Assembly (NCBI GenBank): GCA_043228905.1
Contig: JBHGNT010000014.1
Span: 11,780,001 to 11,844,000 of the forward strand
Direction of reading: 5' to 3'
Length of the DNA: 64,000 nucleotides
From: Azolla caroliniana
Lineage: Eukaryota; Plantae; Polypodiophyta
The position numbers were made by a program, and so were the translations under genes. Shown here piece after piece: positions 49,457-61,497 of the stretch (positions are counted from its first letter, which is position 1; each line of letters begins with the position of its first letter). The notes under the pieces are model-generated. The model made no database searches and was not told where the DNA came from. It saw nothing but the letters and a program-made list of their open reading frames with translations.

Positions 49457-49781
49457 AGGTCGAATCGGCAATGGTTCGGTTTTGGCTTAATCGGTTTGTA
49501 CATGGGAGTTTCCAAACTTGAACTGAACCGGTTCCTAAACCAGTTAAGGCTAATCGGTTTGGCCAAATCAGTTAAGCCTAAACCGGTCGCAGAACAGGTT
49601 TAGGAACCAGTTTAATCAAGCCGATTAAGCCTTACCCTATTTGGCCCAAATCATTGCGGTTCAGCTTGAGCCATCCCAAACCAGGCTCAAACCGGTTAAG
49701 GAAGCTCAAGCCTAAACTGAACCACCAAATAGTTAAAAAAGGGTTCGGTTTAGGCTTGAGCCGAGCTATTGCTGATTTCTG
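49457..49781. mobile_element. MITE-like non-autonomous DNA element (hAT-like); second right-end fragment at ~50510-50624
   Basis: Imperfect terminal inverted repeats (GAATCGGCAATGGTTCGG / CCGAGCTATTGCTGATTTC) and many AACCG/CGGTT subterminal motifs; TSD not resolved. Confidence 0.55.
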
Positions 49782-49879
49782 ACCATCACATATTTTTCAA
49801 TCTAGGAGAATGTAGATCGTGCAGCTGCTTGAGTTTGAGATGCCATAATGTTAACTCTCAACTTTCATTTCATTCTACT

Positions 49880-50430
49880 AGTGGGATTTGTTTATACCCT
49901 TATTGCAATGCAATTATTCCCATGAACTTGTAGAGTTGACTTACGGATTGTTCTCGTGCGGAAGCATTCCTCCCAAAGTTATTGGGCACAAACTTCTATT
50001 GGGGTTCTTTTATAACCTTATTGCAATGCACCATTCCCATGAACTCATAAAGTTAACTCAAGGATTGTCCTCACATTCCTCCTAATGTTTTTCGGCACAC
50101 ACTCCTATTGGATTCTTTTATAGCCTAAATGTAGTGGACGTATTCTAATAAACTAATAAAGTTGATTATAGAATGTCCTTGCATCGAAGCATTTTGTCTA
50201 AATTTATTGGGCGCATGATACATCTAGTAAACAACTCTTTGAGAGTTAAGTGAACCCACGAATTGCTGATTAACATAGAATAAATCCACCTCCTTTAATA
50301 ATAATACTCATGAAGCTTCAACATACATAGAATAAATCCACCTTGTCTAATAATATAATACTCATGAAGCTTCAACATACATAGAATAAATCCACCTCAT
50401 CTAATAATGGCATTCATGAACCTTCAACAA
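49880..50430. repeat. Degenerate ~120-bp tandem units (further unit at 50626-50704) and ~56-bp tandem units (50273-50430)
   Basis: Recurring ATTCCCATGAACT..AGTT.ACT and ACATAGAATAAATCCACCT. Confidence 0.7.
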
Positions 50431-50704
50431 TGAGAAAATAATAATTGCTGAATAATATGAATAAATAATGTTAAATCTTTGTACAAATACACAACTGGCA
50501 AGAGGTAGAAGCTGAACCGAGCTCAAACCGTTTAGTCAAGCTCAAACTCGAGCCGAGGCGCTAAGCCGCTTTAAACCGGTTTAGCTTAACAGTTTAGGAT
50601 TGAGCTGAGCCGTTGCTGATTCCTAATTCCCATGAACTCATAAAGTTGACTTAGGGGTTGTCCTCACATTCATCCTAAAGTTTTTCGGCACACACTCCTA
50701 TTGG

Positions 50705-51990
50705 ATGCTCGTGTTCCCATGTGGCATCATCAATAGGTTTATCCATCCATTTGATCTTGAATAGCCGAATCTCTTTAGAACATAAACGTTTAGTACGAGA
50801 ATCAAGAATTTGTTCAGGAACATGACGTTTGTAAGAAAAATCCTCTAATGTTACAAGATCTTGGATTGTGATGGTGTTAGACGATTGACGTGAAAAACAA
50901 GATGAATAACAACATTACGGGGTAAGGCAAGGTGATAAGCAGATGACCCAACTCGCTAAAGGATTTCAAATGGGCCACAATATCGTGGGGCTACCTTAGC
51001 GCACTTGCCCGTAGACAATGACATAGAGTCAATAGGGACACACAAAAAACTTTTTGACGAATAGTAAATGCACGAGGACGTCTCTCCTGATCAAAATAAA
51101 ATCGAGTACGATCTTGAGCTGTCTTGACACTTTGGCAATATGCAACATTTCGTTCATGTCTTGCAAAAAGTTGTGTGTATTGTCTAATATATCACGATGA
51201 ATCATGACATCGACTAGGGCACATGGCTGAAAACCATACATCAACATAAAAGGGCTATATCCAGTGGATGTATGTTTAGAGCTATTATAGGCAAATTCTA
51301 AGATAGGAAGGTATTGCTCCTACTTAGAAGGGGTTTTTGCTACATAAGCTTGAAGCATGTCCTCAATAATTTGATTAACTCGTTCAGTTTGTCCATCAGA
51401 GTGAGGATGATCTGTGGAACTCATGCTCAACGTAGTTTCTAGTTTCTTAAAGACTTGAGTCCAAAAGTCACTAGGATACTTGGAATCTCGATCACTAACA
51501 ATATCCATCAGTAATCCATAAAAACAAAACAACTCATCAACAAATTGATAAGCCAGTTGTTGAACGGTTATCGTGGTTTTGGTAGGAATAAATCTAGCCA
51601 ATTTTGTTAGTCTGTCAACGACAACCCAAATGGCATCATGACCCCTCTGTGTACGAGGTAAACTAACAATAAAATCTATTGAGATACTTTCCCATTTGTT
51701 GTTGGGAATATCTAAGGGATGTAAAAGACCAGCACCTTTAAGTCGTTCCGACTTATTCATCTAACATTATAAGCATTGAGTTACGTATTTATGCATGTTA
51801 GAGCACATCTTAGGCCAGAAAAAAGCACTCGAGATGAGACCGAGTGTGTGTTGTATTCCGGGATGACCTGTAGATGGTGCATCATGACATTCATGAAGAA
51901 TTTTTTGTTTTACGTTTGGTAAATCTAGAACACAGACGTTTCCACTACAGTAGAGCAAACTGTTTGTAATGTGAAAGGTCGCCTTCAAGG
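50705..51990 (-). pseudogene. Chromovirus integrase with a group II chromodomain (Tekay/Reina-like), fragment
   Basis: ECHDAPSTGHPG, WESISIDFI, VVVDRLTK, HPHSDGQTERVN; VPEQILDSRTKRL..FKIKW..DDATWE at 50705-50821. Confidence 0.88.
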
Positions 51991-52040
51991 GTAGGGTGCT
52001 AATAACGACATCTAAACCAAATTCGGTTTTCGTCTAGTAT

Positions 52041-52683
52041 TGACAGGAATACACGCTCCCTAAACACAACGCTTGGCCACAACTGAGTCTAGGATCAAAC
52101 ACAAAAAACAGGTAATGTACGCACGACACAGTGAAGAGAAGAGTACACAGGATGTTAACGTGGAAAACCCAAACTAGGGAAAAACCACGGCAGCCCACAG
52201 ACTGCAAACTATCACTATATCACAATGTACAATAGTGAAGCACCGAGGTAACGACCTCGAGCTTGCTATCTTCGCCACAGGCGGCGGTTACAACAGAGGC
52301 AACGACCTCTTCCTCTCTCTCTCTCTCTCTCTCTGTACACAGTTACGCACTCAAATCTTGCACCAACAAGAAATGACAACTATACTAACCACCCTATCTC
52401 TGTTTGCCCTAAGTCATATTTATAATAATATGACTTTTCGGCTATTTACAAATATAGCCCCGATGGACTCTCAGAAAACATATTTACGAATATGTCCCTT
52501 CATCCGGTGAGCACTTCTTACCCGACCTTCACCATCTGGATCTTGCCAGGTACTTGTCATCCGGTTCTCACCGGGCCTTCCTTGCCGGGTACTCGTCATC
52601 CGGTTCTCACCGGGCCTTCCTTGTCGCGTACTCGTCATCCGGTTCTCACTAGGTCTTCCGTTGCCGGGATCTGTTTCCTAACA
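52041..52683 (-). repeat. 3' LTR related to family C with 39-bp repeat x3; PPT 52684-52695
   Basis: Reverse-complement homolog of 27531-28348; AACTCCCCCTTC adjacent. Confidence 0.85.
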
Positions 52684-52719
52684 AACTCCCCCTTCACTCC
52701 GGCATGGGATCTTCTGGTG

Positions 52720-53870
52720 CAGTTCAACGAAAGGAACCTGATGTACAGCCGCATGTAACGGTGTCACGAACTCAGCCAGGTAACACAACATTTTTGACCC
52801 AAAAACCTGTTGAGGGCTTTTTTTGTGGTAGGGGCCGGAGGATTCAGGATGGCATGCACTTTGCCGGGATCCATTGCTATTCCGTCGCGGCTAACAATGT
52901 GGCCGAGTAAGGCTTCGCTGGACACGTAAAAAGCACACTTTGCTAGGTTTAGGCTTAGCCGAGCTTACCGGCATCGCTCTAGACACAGGCATAACTGCCC
53001 GAGGTGCTCGTTCTTTTGTCAATACACGGCAAAGTCATCGAGGAATACTTGCATAAAGGCCGAAATGTAATCGTCGAAAATTTCGGCGATAATTCGTTGG
53101 AAAGTGGTCGGAGTTGTCTTTAATCCAAACATCATCACGACTGCCATGAACACGCCCCATTCCGTGATAAATGTTGTTTTCTCTTGGTCATCTAAAAAGA
53201 TATAACATTCATGGCCCACCACCATGTCGAGGACACCATCGATGAACATAAATGGAAAGGCATCCATAACCGTTGCCGCATTGAGCTTGCGGTAGTCGAC
53301 GCAAACTCGGATTAGCTCGTTCTTTTTCGTAACTACGATGATAGGGCTTAACCATGTTCCCCGTTTCACCAATCGAATGAACCTACTCGGAGGAGTTTGT
53401 CACTGGAGGTGAATCTGGTGTTGGTAGTATTGGGGATCTAGCCCCTTCATGTCATTGTACGACCATGCAAACACATCTTGGTAATCAGTCAGCAGCCCAA
53501 CCAGGGCTTACTGTTCCTCAAAAGCCAACTCTTTCGCAATTTTAAGGGTGCTTGTCTTGGTGGGGGAACCGAGATAAATTTCCTCAATGTGAACACCTTG
53601 ACTCTCTGAGAGATAGCCAATTCCCGATCAAGCGCGTCTCGGGTATGTCGTAATTCTTCGATGGACTGTGGATCAAGTTCGTGCGGATCCTCGCTCTCCT
53701 CCGGGGCCAACTCAGATATGTACAGTTCGACGACCGTGAGAACATCGATTTTAAACACAGGAACGATCGTGGGGTGGTCCATTTCTTCATCCACGAGGCC
53801 GTCGAGCATGTGGACTCCTTCGGAATGTATTCCGTTACCTTCCTCATTCTCGATTGTCATTTTTGACCTA
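52720..53870 (-). pseudogene. Non-chromovirus gypsy RT fragment (Athila/Tat-like motifs)
   Basis: DVFAWSYNDMKGLDP, WLSPIIVV.KKN..IRVCVDYRKLN, FGLKT, FLDDFAVY. Confidence 0.8.
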
Positions 53871-53876
53871 CCTACT

Positions 53877-56800
53877 CGTAAGAGGCACCTCAAGCGTGTA
53901 CCTCCGATTCAGGTCAGGTAACCCCTCATTAGTAGGGTTTTCTGATTCAGACATGTCAACTGATGTGGATACCAACTGGTCGACATCTCGATATGTCATG
54001 ACTTATGCGGAGGAGCCGTCTCATGGCCATCGAGGTTTGTAGAAGGGTGTGAGATTTTCAACTACAGAAACAGAGTATATGGCAGCTATTGAAGCCGACA
54101 AGGAGATAATTTGGATGAAGGAGTTCATCGAAGCGTTACGGATTAGACAAGAAGAATTCTGACTCTACCACGACAATCAAAGTGCCATCCACCTTGCGAA
54201 GAACGCCGCCTACGACTCTAGAACCAATCACATCCAGACGAGATACCATTGGCTCTAGGTGAGGGTAGAAGAGAAGGATTTTGCTCTAGTGAAGATCCAC
54301 ACAGCAAAATACGAGCTAGACATACTAACAAAGATGTTGTTAGCAGGGAAGGTGAATGCGTGTCAACAAAGGGTCAGATTCACAAAGCACCCCATGCCGG
54401 AGTGAAGGGGGAGTTTGTTGGGAAACAGGTCCCTCCGTATGGGAAGGAGAGCACAAGCAAGAACAAAGTTCAGAGAACCGACAAGATGAAGGAGAATGGA
54501 CTAGATCCACATCCAGATGGGCTCCAGAGAGGCATCCAGAAACCCGATTGAGTCGTAACCGATTAGAGGCTATATTTGTAAATAGCCCTAAAGTTGTATG
54601 AGTATAACTACACTTCGGGCAAACATTAGAAGTGGGTGTGTGTAGAGTTTGTTATTATTATACAGAGTTGTAATAAGAGGGTGAAGAGAGAGAGAGAGAG
54701 AGAGAGTGTTACTGTTAGTTTAGACGAAGACGAACTCAAAGTTATTGCCTATGAGTGTCCTTGTACCCTCTCCTCAGATAGTGGAATAGTTTGGAGCCTG
54801 TGGGCACTCGTGGTTTTTACCATTACAAGGTTTTCCATGTTAACATCTCGTGTCTCTGTTTTAGTGCATTCATTTACTGTTATTTCAATTTCTTTGTCTT
54901 TCTTGTTTGTGCTTGGCAATCGGTTGTAACCGCTCCCATATTCAACACCTTCTTGGTAGAGGGGTTGAAGCATATATACCTCTTTTGTTCGAGTGAGTAC
55001 CCCACGAGAATACACTTCTCCAATTTTATCGAGCTTTTGCCGCTTTTCATTGGGAATGTGTACAAATGCGATAGAACCAAATATCCTTATGTGGGATAGG
55101 TCTGGCTTCTTTCCATTGATCTTCTTGTAGGGGGTAACATTGTGCACTCCAGATGTTGTGCACTGATTCATTAGATAGACATCCGTTGTCGAGGAAATCC
55201 TCGCGGATGCGTAGAAGTTGGGCAGGACCATGGGGGTCTTGAACCAAGGAATCACGAAGTGAGGGGGGAAGAGTTTGCGATTTACGTGAGACCCGAGACT
55301 ATGGTTTAAACAAAAAAGATTTAGCGAAACGAGAGAGATAGTGTAGGAGGATCGTGCGTAGACACATGCGGACACAGATATGCTAAGAATAACTTGCGTT
55401 AGGTGGATAAGCTTCTATTAATCGATATATGTGCGTAGCGCCGTGGGTGATTACAACCGGATTAGTGCTAGTGTTCGAGCATAGGCTCTTCAGTAGTCAA
55501 ATACGAAGTTGAGTGGGCACACAGAAGGTTGATCCCTAGTTGGGAGCACTCGGGTGTCTGACGCGAGTAAGGGAAGCGTCTTCTGGTGACATGTTGTAGG
55601 ACTCCTCGTCTTATTTTGTCTCTTATTTCTTTTTTCCTCTCTTGCCCCCTCTCGATTACTTCCCCAAAAATGACATCCTCTCTAACAGTCAAAGGTCACC
55701 CCTTTTATAGCACAAGGAGCGACCGTTACAAGGCATTCATGACTTGTCGCTTTCCCTTCCTAGATTCTCCCCCCGATTCACTCTTCTCGTAACTCTCCCT
55801 ACTTATGCGATGTCTGAATCCCTATTAATGCCTTAACTACCTAGTACACCTCCTTCTACCTATGCCTAGTGCTTACACTATTTAATTCACTAGGGGTGTG
55901 CACTCGTGCACACTAGTGCTCCCACGCGTTTCACCTTGTTTCTGCCTATGGCCCGGAATCTTCACGACACCGTGGTTTCTGCATCACTAGTAATATTTCG
56001 ACAAATTTTTCTCCTTCATCATTGCCCTTGCCACCTCCAATATGAGCCGATTTTTCCTTTCAACCACTCTGTTTTGCCGAGGTGTGTGTCGGCAGGTAAA
56101 CTCCCGCGCCAAATTCGTTCTTGTCGAAGGTACGTTGTGAAGGTATAAGAGAAGTACTCTTTGCCTCCACCCGATTGAAGGCACCGTACATGTCAACTGG
56201 TTGCCTTTTCGACTTCATGTTTAAATTTCTCTAAATGCGAGAACACTTCACTCTTTTGCCGCATAGGGAATATCTAGGTATGCTTGGATAAGTCATCGGT
56301 GAACATCATATAGTATCGGAAACCACTGAATGTTGTCGTTTGGGCTGGTCCCCATACATTTGAATGTATTACATCCAGGATCCCTTTGCTCACGTTCCTC
56401 TCTTTGAGGAACGATTGTCGATGTTGATTGGCGAATTGGCAGGCTTCGCATACACCTGTAATCTCCTTCTCAGTAAACGTTGGGAATTCGATGATCTAGA
56501 TTATCGAGACCGGATTCTTCATTACTATTGGAACATGCAAAACGTTCTTGATGTAGGTTTGGTTGCCCTCTTCACTGAATGGGACATTACTAGCATGCTG
56601 AATGGAGTGAATTGTGTCATCCACAATTTCCACATAGCCAGGTCATTTGGGCTTTGTTGAGAGACAAGCTCAACATTGGGTGCGTAAACGGGTGCGTAAC
56701 CCAGTAGGTTGACTAGGTGTGAAACCGTACGCAAAATATGGTCATGGTGGTGTTTAAATCGAGAGGCCGTTAGAACGTTATTCCTGGTTAGGAATAGTTT

Positions 56801-58267
56801 TGGGAGTTAGTGTAGAAGGCTCATTTATGAGCGATCAAGTATTGTCAGTACTTGTGTCAGCCTCAATAGTCGAGGCTTCTATAAAAGGTGCTCGCTGAGC
56901 ACCAAATATGTACAGAGAACATACAGAGAACATTCAGAGAATATGTACAAGCCGAATATCGAGGGGCGACAATCGCTACGTGCGAAGTCATTTGGCTGAA
57001 ACGGCTATTACAGGATCTGCATGTGGAGGTGTCTGAGAACATACAAAGAATTATTTTTTAATATAGCTTGGTGTTTCTGCTCTCCCCCTCTTTCTCTATG
57101 ATTTCTGTGTTTTACCGAACTGACATACTTCCGAACCGTGTACTTTGTGTTCTTACGCATACGCTTCCGCACACGTATTCTTTTCATGGTATCAGAGCGC
57201 GAGGGTTGAGACTCCTCTGCAGCCGACAGAAAATCTTACGATAAGGAGAGAGTTAAGTTATTGTTTTCGTGAAGGATAAGATAGCATATGGACAGAGGAA
57301 TGGGAAGTTCGCTACCGATTGAGAAGCTCGATAGGAGCAACTACGCATCTTGGTCATACAAGATGCACCAGTACCTACTTGGTCATGGTTACTAAAGTTA
57401 TGTTGAAGGAGCTAATGATATAGCGCCCGAATCGACACACAAAGATTTTTCGTCTTGGGAACAAGCGGCAAGCAAAGTTGTTTACAACTTCACGTCCTGT
57501 GTGAGCGACCAGCTCTTGAGCTACATTCGGGATGCTAAGACGACAAAGGAAGCATGGGTGAATATCAAGAGGATTTTCACCACTAGCACAACGGCTAGGA
57601 AGCTGCAGCTCAAGCAGGAGCTCAACAATGTTTGACAGAAGGATTTGTCGGTGGCTAATTAAACATCCTGTATCAAGGAAATCTACGACTCTCTCGCCTC
57701 AGTCAAGTGAACGTCGAGGAGGACGAAATGGTGCAGGTGTGTCTTGGTGGGTTAGCGTAAAAGTTCATAGCATTCCGTACGGCGATCTGCACAAGGGAGA
57801 TTACGTCTTCGTTCTTCGAGCTTCAGTCGATGTTGCTCGTAGAGGAAAATCACGTCGGTACGTCGACGAGTACGCACACCGACAACAAGATGTTGTACAT
57901 GGAGGAAGATAGGCCCCGTGGTCGTGGCGGCCAAGGCAGATCAGCGCGCAATGGAGGCAGCAAAAAAGAGCGGAACGTGCGGCGTAATCGAAATGCCAGA
58001 AGCAATTCTGAACCCTCCGGAAGTAGGGGAAGTCATAGCGGCGCTGGAAACCAGCAACAGAAGGTTGTGACGGATTGTTGGTACTGTGGCAAAAATGACA
58101 CAAGGAGAGCGAGTGCTGGAAGAAGAGAGCCGATTCGGACAAAGCCGAATCGAGCGGAAGAGACGTAGGAAGGCATCAGAAATCGCACTCGCCGAAGGCT
58201 CCGAACGATCCGGGAATGGATTGGGCCCAACCTTCATAATGAAGCACAAGTCCAATTCCATGGCCGT
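53877..58267 (+). repeat. Segmental duplicate of 31239-35022 (C RNase H + LTR 54416-54947, D integrase, A6-type LTR 56655-57186, PBS 57187-57198, gag)
   Basis: Identical inter-element junctions (ATTCAACA|CCTTC and TTTGGGCTT|TGTTGAG) in both copies. Confidence 0.92.
55187..55969 (-). mobile_element. Solo LTR with G1-like termini
   Basis: TGTCGAGG...CTTCACGACA; perfect 4-bp TSD CCGT; absent from the other duplicate (~32600). Confidence 0.88.
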
Positions 58268-60369
58268 TGTCGTGAAGATTTTCGGCAACCGTGTGAAAAT
58301 TGTGTGCAATAAATGCAATCGAGAAGGTGCAATGTGCACGTGTGAAGGGGGTGAAGGCCACACGCATATGCTAGCATTTTGTAAATAGGACTGAAATGAG
58401 AATCGTAAAAGAAAAGCTAGATGTAAAGTTGAACATGTGCACGTAGGATGTGCGCTCAATTGTAAATATAAAAACAGAAGAAGACTAAAGCCTAGTAATA
58501 TTTGGGTGCATACAAAGGGGTGCAAGCCATGCTTGATCCTTACACCTACAAGATAAGAACCAATAGGCTTACCACTAAGTCAAGCCATTTCATTGAAGTT
58601 TATTTTCATCGTTATACTTTTCACATGTAAATTCCCATACATGAGACCTTAGATGAGTGACATGGTCATCATGCATAACATGTGATGCATGAACGCCGAA
58701 ATGGCAGGCATGCATTGTATGCATGTCTTGTACCCTCACATGCATCATATGCATGGGTGCATCTATAAAAGAGTAGAGGAAAAAGGAATGGAAATCAAGC
58801 AAGCTTTGTACTTTATATCAAAATTAGTATTAAGAAACTAGTTATCCTATTGGTAATGTATCTTCTCCCTCAAAATTGAAGTCCTAGGTTCAATCTCTCT
58901 CTTCCTCAGTCTATCTCAAAATAAATTGGAATCTTAATATCGATCTCTCTCTCTCAATCTATCTTACATCCTTTCTCGCTAAAGCTAGTGCAAATCTCGA
59001 ATCCTCCGGTCGAAGACCCTGGCGGTTCCGCCTCACGATCCGCACGTAGTGATGGATCTTCACGACATAATTAATTGGTGAACCCAACGTGAAAGAGGCG
59101 GTAGGAAGGATCAAGTCGAGGATCAACTGATACTTGGAGATGGCATCCTCAAGCAATCAAGCGGGAGAGTTCGAAAGGATAATGTTGATCGTAGAACAAA
59201 TGATGAGATCTCGAGACAACGATAGGAACGTGGAGAAGGCAGTCGACCGTGTCATAGAGCTGGAGGGTCAATTTGACGGAAGCAACATTACGAAGTTCCT
59301 TGATGTATACAAAAGGGAAATGAATCAGAGGGACATGTCTAAAGCACGTCAAATCACAAGTTTCGAGAGAGTGGTCGCCTACAACATCCAAAGGCGTGTC
59401 ATCGAGCTTCAAGAAGGGAAGACAACGTGGTCGGAGTTCGAGAAAGAGATATTAGCGGAGTTTGCGACGGAAGATTTGTTGAGGAAGACTCAACATACCT
59501 TGATGAAGTGGATAGAAAAGAAGAATAAGAGGATGAGCGCTTCGAGGGTGTACGACAAGTTCGACCAAATGTTTCGTCGTCTCCCCGCCATGGACCAAGT
59601 GTTGCTTGAGGAGGACAAGACTTTGTAATTCTTGAAAGCCATGGACATGAAGGACAGACGAGAATTCGGGACTCTTCTTGAAGATGATTCCCAAGCAAAC
59701 GGGCTTGTGGCAGATTGTATTGCGCGGTGAAGCGGGCGTGCAATAGGCTCAACAAGCGTCGTTAGTGGGTTGATGACACCGACTTGGCAGGATTGACTGT
59801 GGAGAGAACGAGACAACCCAAAGTCGTTGAACCAACCAAACAAAGAAACCTAGAAGAAAAGAAGATTAATGATGACATCATCGAAGAATTGGCAAAAAAG
59901 TTCGAGACGGTCACACTAGCGAACATGAATCATCGGGCCCGAAGGAAAAGAACCCTTTAGATGTGTGTGGTGTGATAGCTTGGACAACATGAGAAGGGAG
60001 TGCGCGAGCCTTCGAGAGGCCATCCGACAAAATGTCGTATACATGGATGACAACATGATTTGCTCGAGAGAAACTTGAAGACCCCTGCAGGTGAATTTCG
60101 GAATAGGGGGAATGAAGAAATCTATGGAAGATGCTGAGGCGACTCATGTGGATGTGATGCACTATGCTGCATCGGCTGGAATTAGAGTCAGAAAAGATAA
60201 AAATGAAGCTGCTAGAACAGGAACAAAGTTTTGGTCTTCTGTTCTCGAGTGTAAGAAAAAGGGCAAAGTTACTTCAGACGATGTAGAGCTTGCGGACCGA
60301 AGTGTACAAAGTATCACCGGATGGTCGAATCTAGAAGATGACAACACCATACTCATGGGAGCGATGTAG
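58268..60369 (+). mobile_element. Gypsy G1 5' end: LTR 58268-59067, tRNA-Trp PBS 59076-59093, degenerate gag
   Basis: TGTCGTG...CACGACA; TGGTGAACCCAACGTGAA; ORF 59134-59628 (FDGSNITKFLDVY), degenerate CVWCD knuckle and NFGIGGMK. Confidence 0.88.
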
Positions 60370-61040
60370 GAATCAAGAATTTAATAAGAAGAAAATTCGT
60401 TATCCAGTTGATGATATATCTTGTTCTTCGAAACTAAAGTCAAGAGTTCAATCTTAATCTCTCTCTCCATTTCAAACTTTCTCAATCTGTCTCATAATTG
60501 GAATCTTAATCTCAATCCCTCTCTCTCAATCTATCTTAAATCCTTTCTCGCTAAAGCTAGTGCAAACTTCAAATCCTTTCTGTCCAGGACCCCGACGTTT
60601 CCGCACAGTGTGATGGATCTTCAGGACATAATTAAGTGGTGAACCAGACGTGAAGAGGTGGTAGGTAGGATCATGTCAAGGATCGACCGATAGTTGGAGA
60701 TGGCATGCTCGAGCAATCAAGCGAGTCAGTTCGAAAGGATGATGCTAATTGTCGAACAAATGATGAGATCTCGAGACAACGATGCGAGCGTGGAGAAGGT
60801 CGTCGACCGTGTCATAGAGCTCGAGGGTCAATTTGATGGAAGGAACATTACAAAGTTCCTGGATGTATACAGAAGGGAGATGAATCAAAGGGACGTGTCT
60901 GAAGCACGTCAAATCTCGAGTTTCAGACGAGTTGCCACCAACAACATCCAAAGGCGGGTCATCAAGCTTTAAGAAAGGAAGACAACATGGTATAAGTTCG
61001 AAAGAGAAATATTAGCGGAGTTTGCGATGGAAGATTTCTC
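60370..61040 (+). mobile_element. Second G1 U5-PBS-gag start fragment
   Basis: LTR end 60628, PBS TGGTGAACCAGACGTGAA 60637-54, gag ORF 60694-60972 paralogous to 59134. Confidence 0.85.
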
Positions 61041-61497
61041 TGGAACATTCTAGAAGTTTAAGGATTACTCCTGACAGCACTATAAAAGAAGGCACTAGGC
61101 ATTATGTCGAACCAAATTGGTTCAACGCCAGTCTTAAGCCTCTCAGTCGCTTTGTACTTATATTTTCACATAATATATTAGTTGTTGTCATCATCTTTCT
61201 CTCTCTTTCATCCTCGCTATATCTCTCTCTCTCTCCTTTTCTCACTTCCTCTCTCGGGAATCTTACGCAGTCCCGTCCTCTTAGTACTAATAGTACTGCT
61301 CTTCTTAGTACTAATTCCATCTCTGCTTTAGTACTATTCCTGACACCAGTCACATCCAGAGGAGATACCATTGGCTCTGGGAGAGGGTAGAAGAGAAGGA
61401 TTTTGCTCTAGTGAAGATCCACACGAGTGAGTACCCCATGAGAATACACTTCTCCAATTTTTTATCGACCTTTTGCCGCTTTTCATTAGGAATGTGT
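61041..61497 (+). repeat. LTR 3' fragment (to 61345) followed by a third, internally deleted copy of the C/D junction region
   Basis: CTATAAAA and ...CCTGACA end; 61346-61423 matches ~31586-31663 and 61424-61497 matches ~32405-32477. Confidence 0.7.

Noticed and set aside
59076-59093. tRNA gene
   Set aside because: Only an 18-nt complement including CCA next to an LTR, so it is a primer-binding site
59134-59628. Novel host gene
   Set aside because: Lies directly after LTR and PBS, is duplicated at 60694, and is followed by stops and a degenerate zinc knuckle, so it is gag
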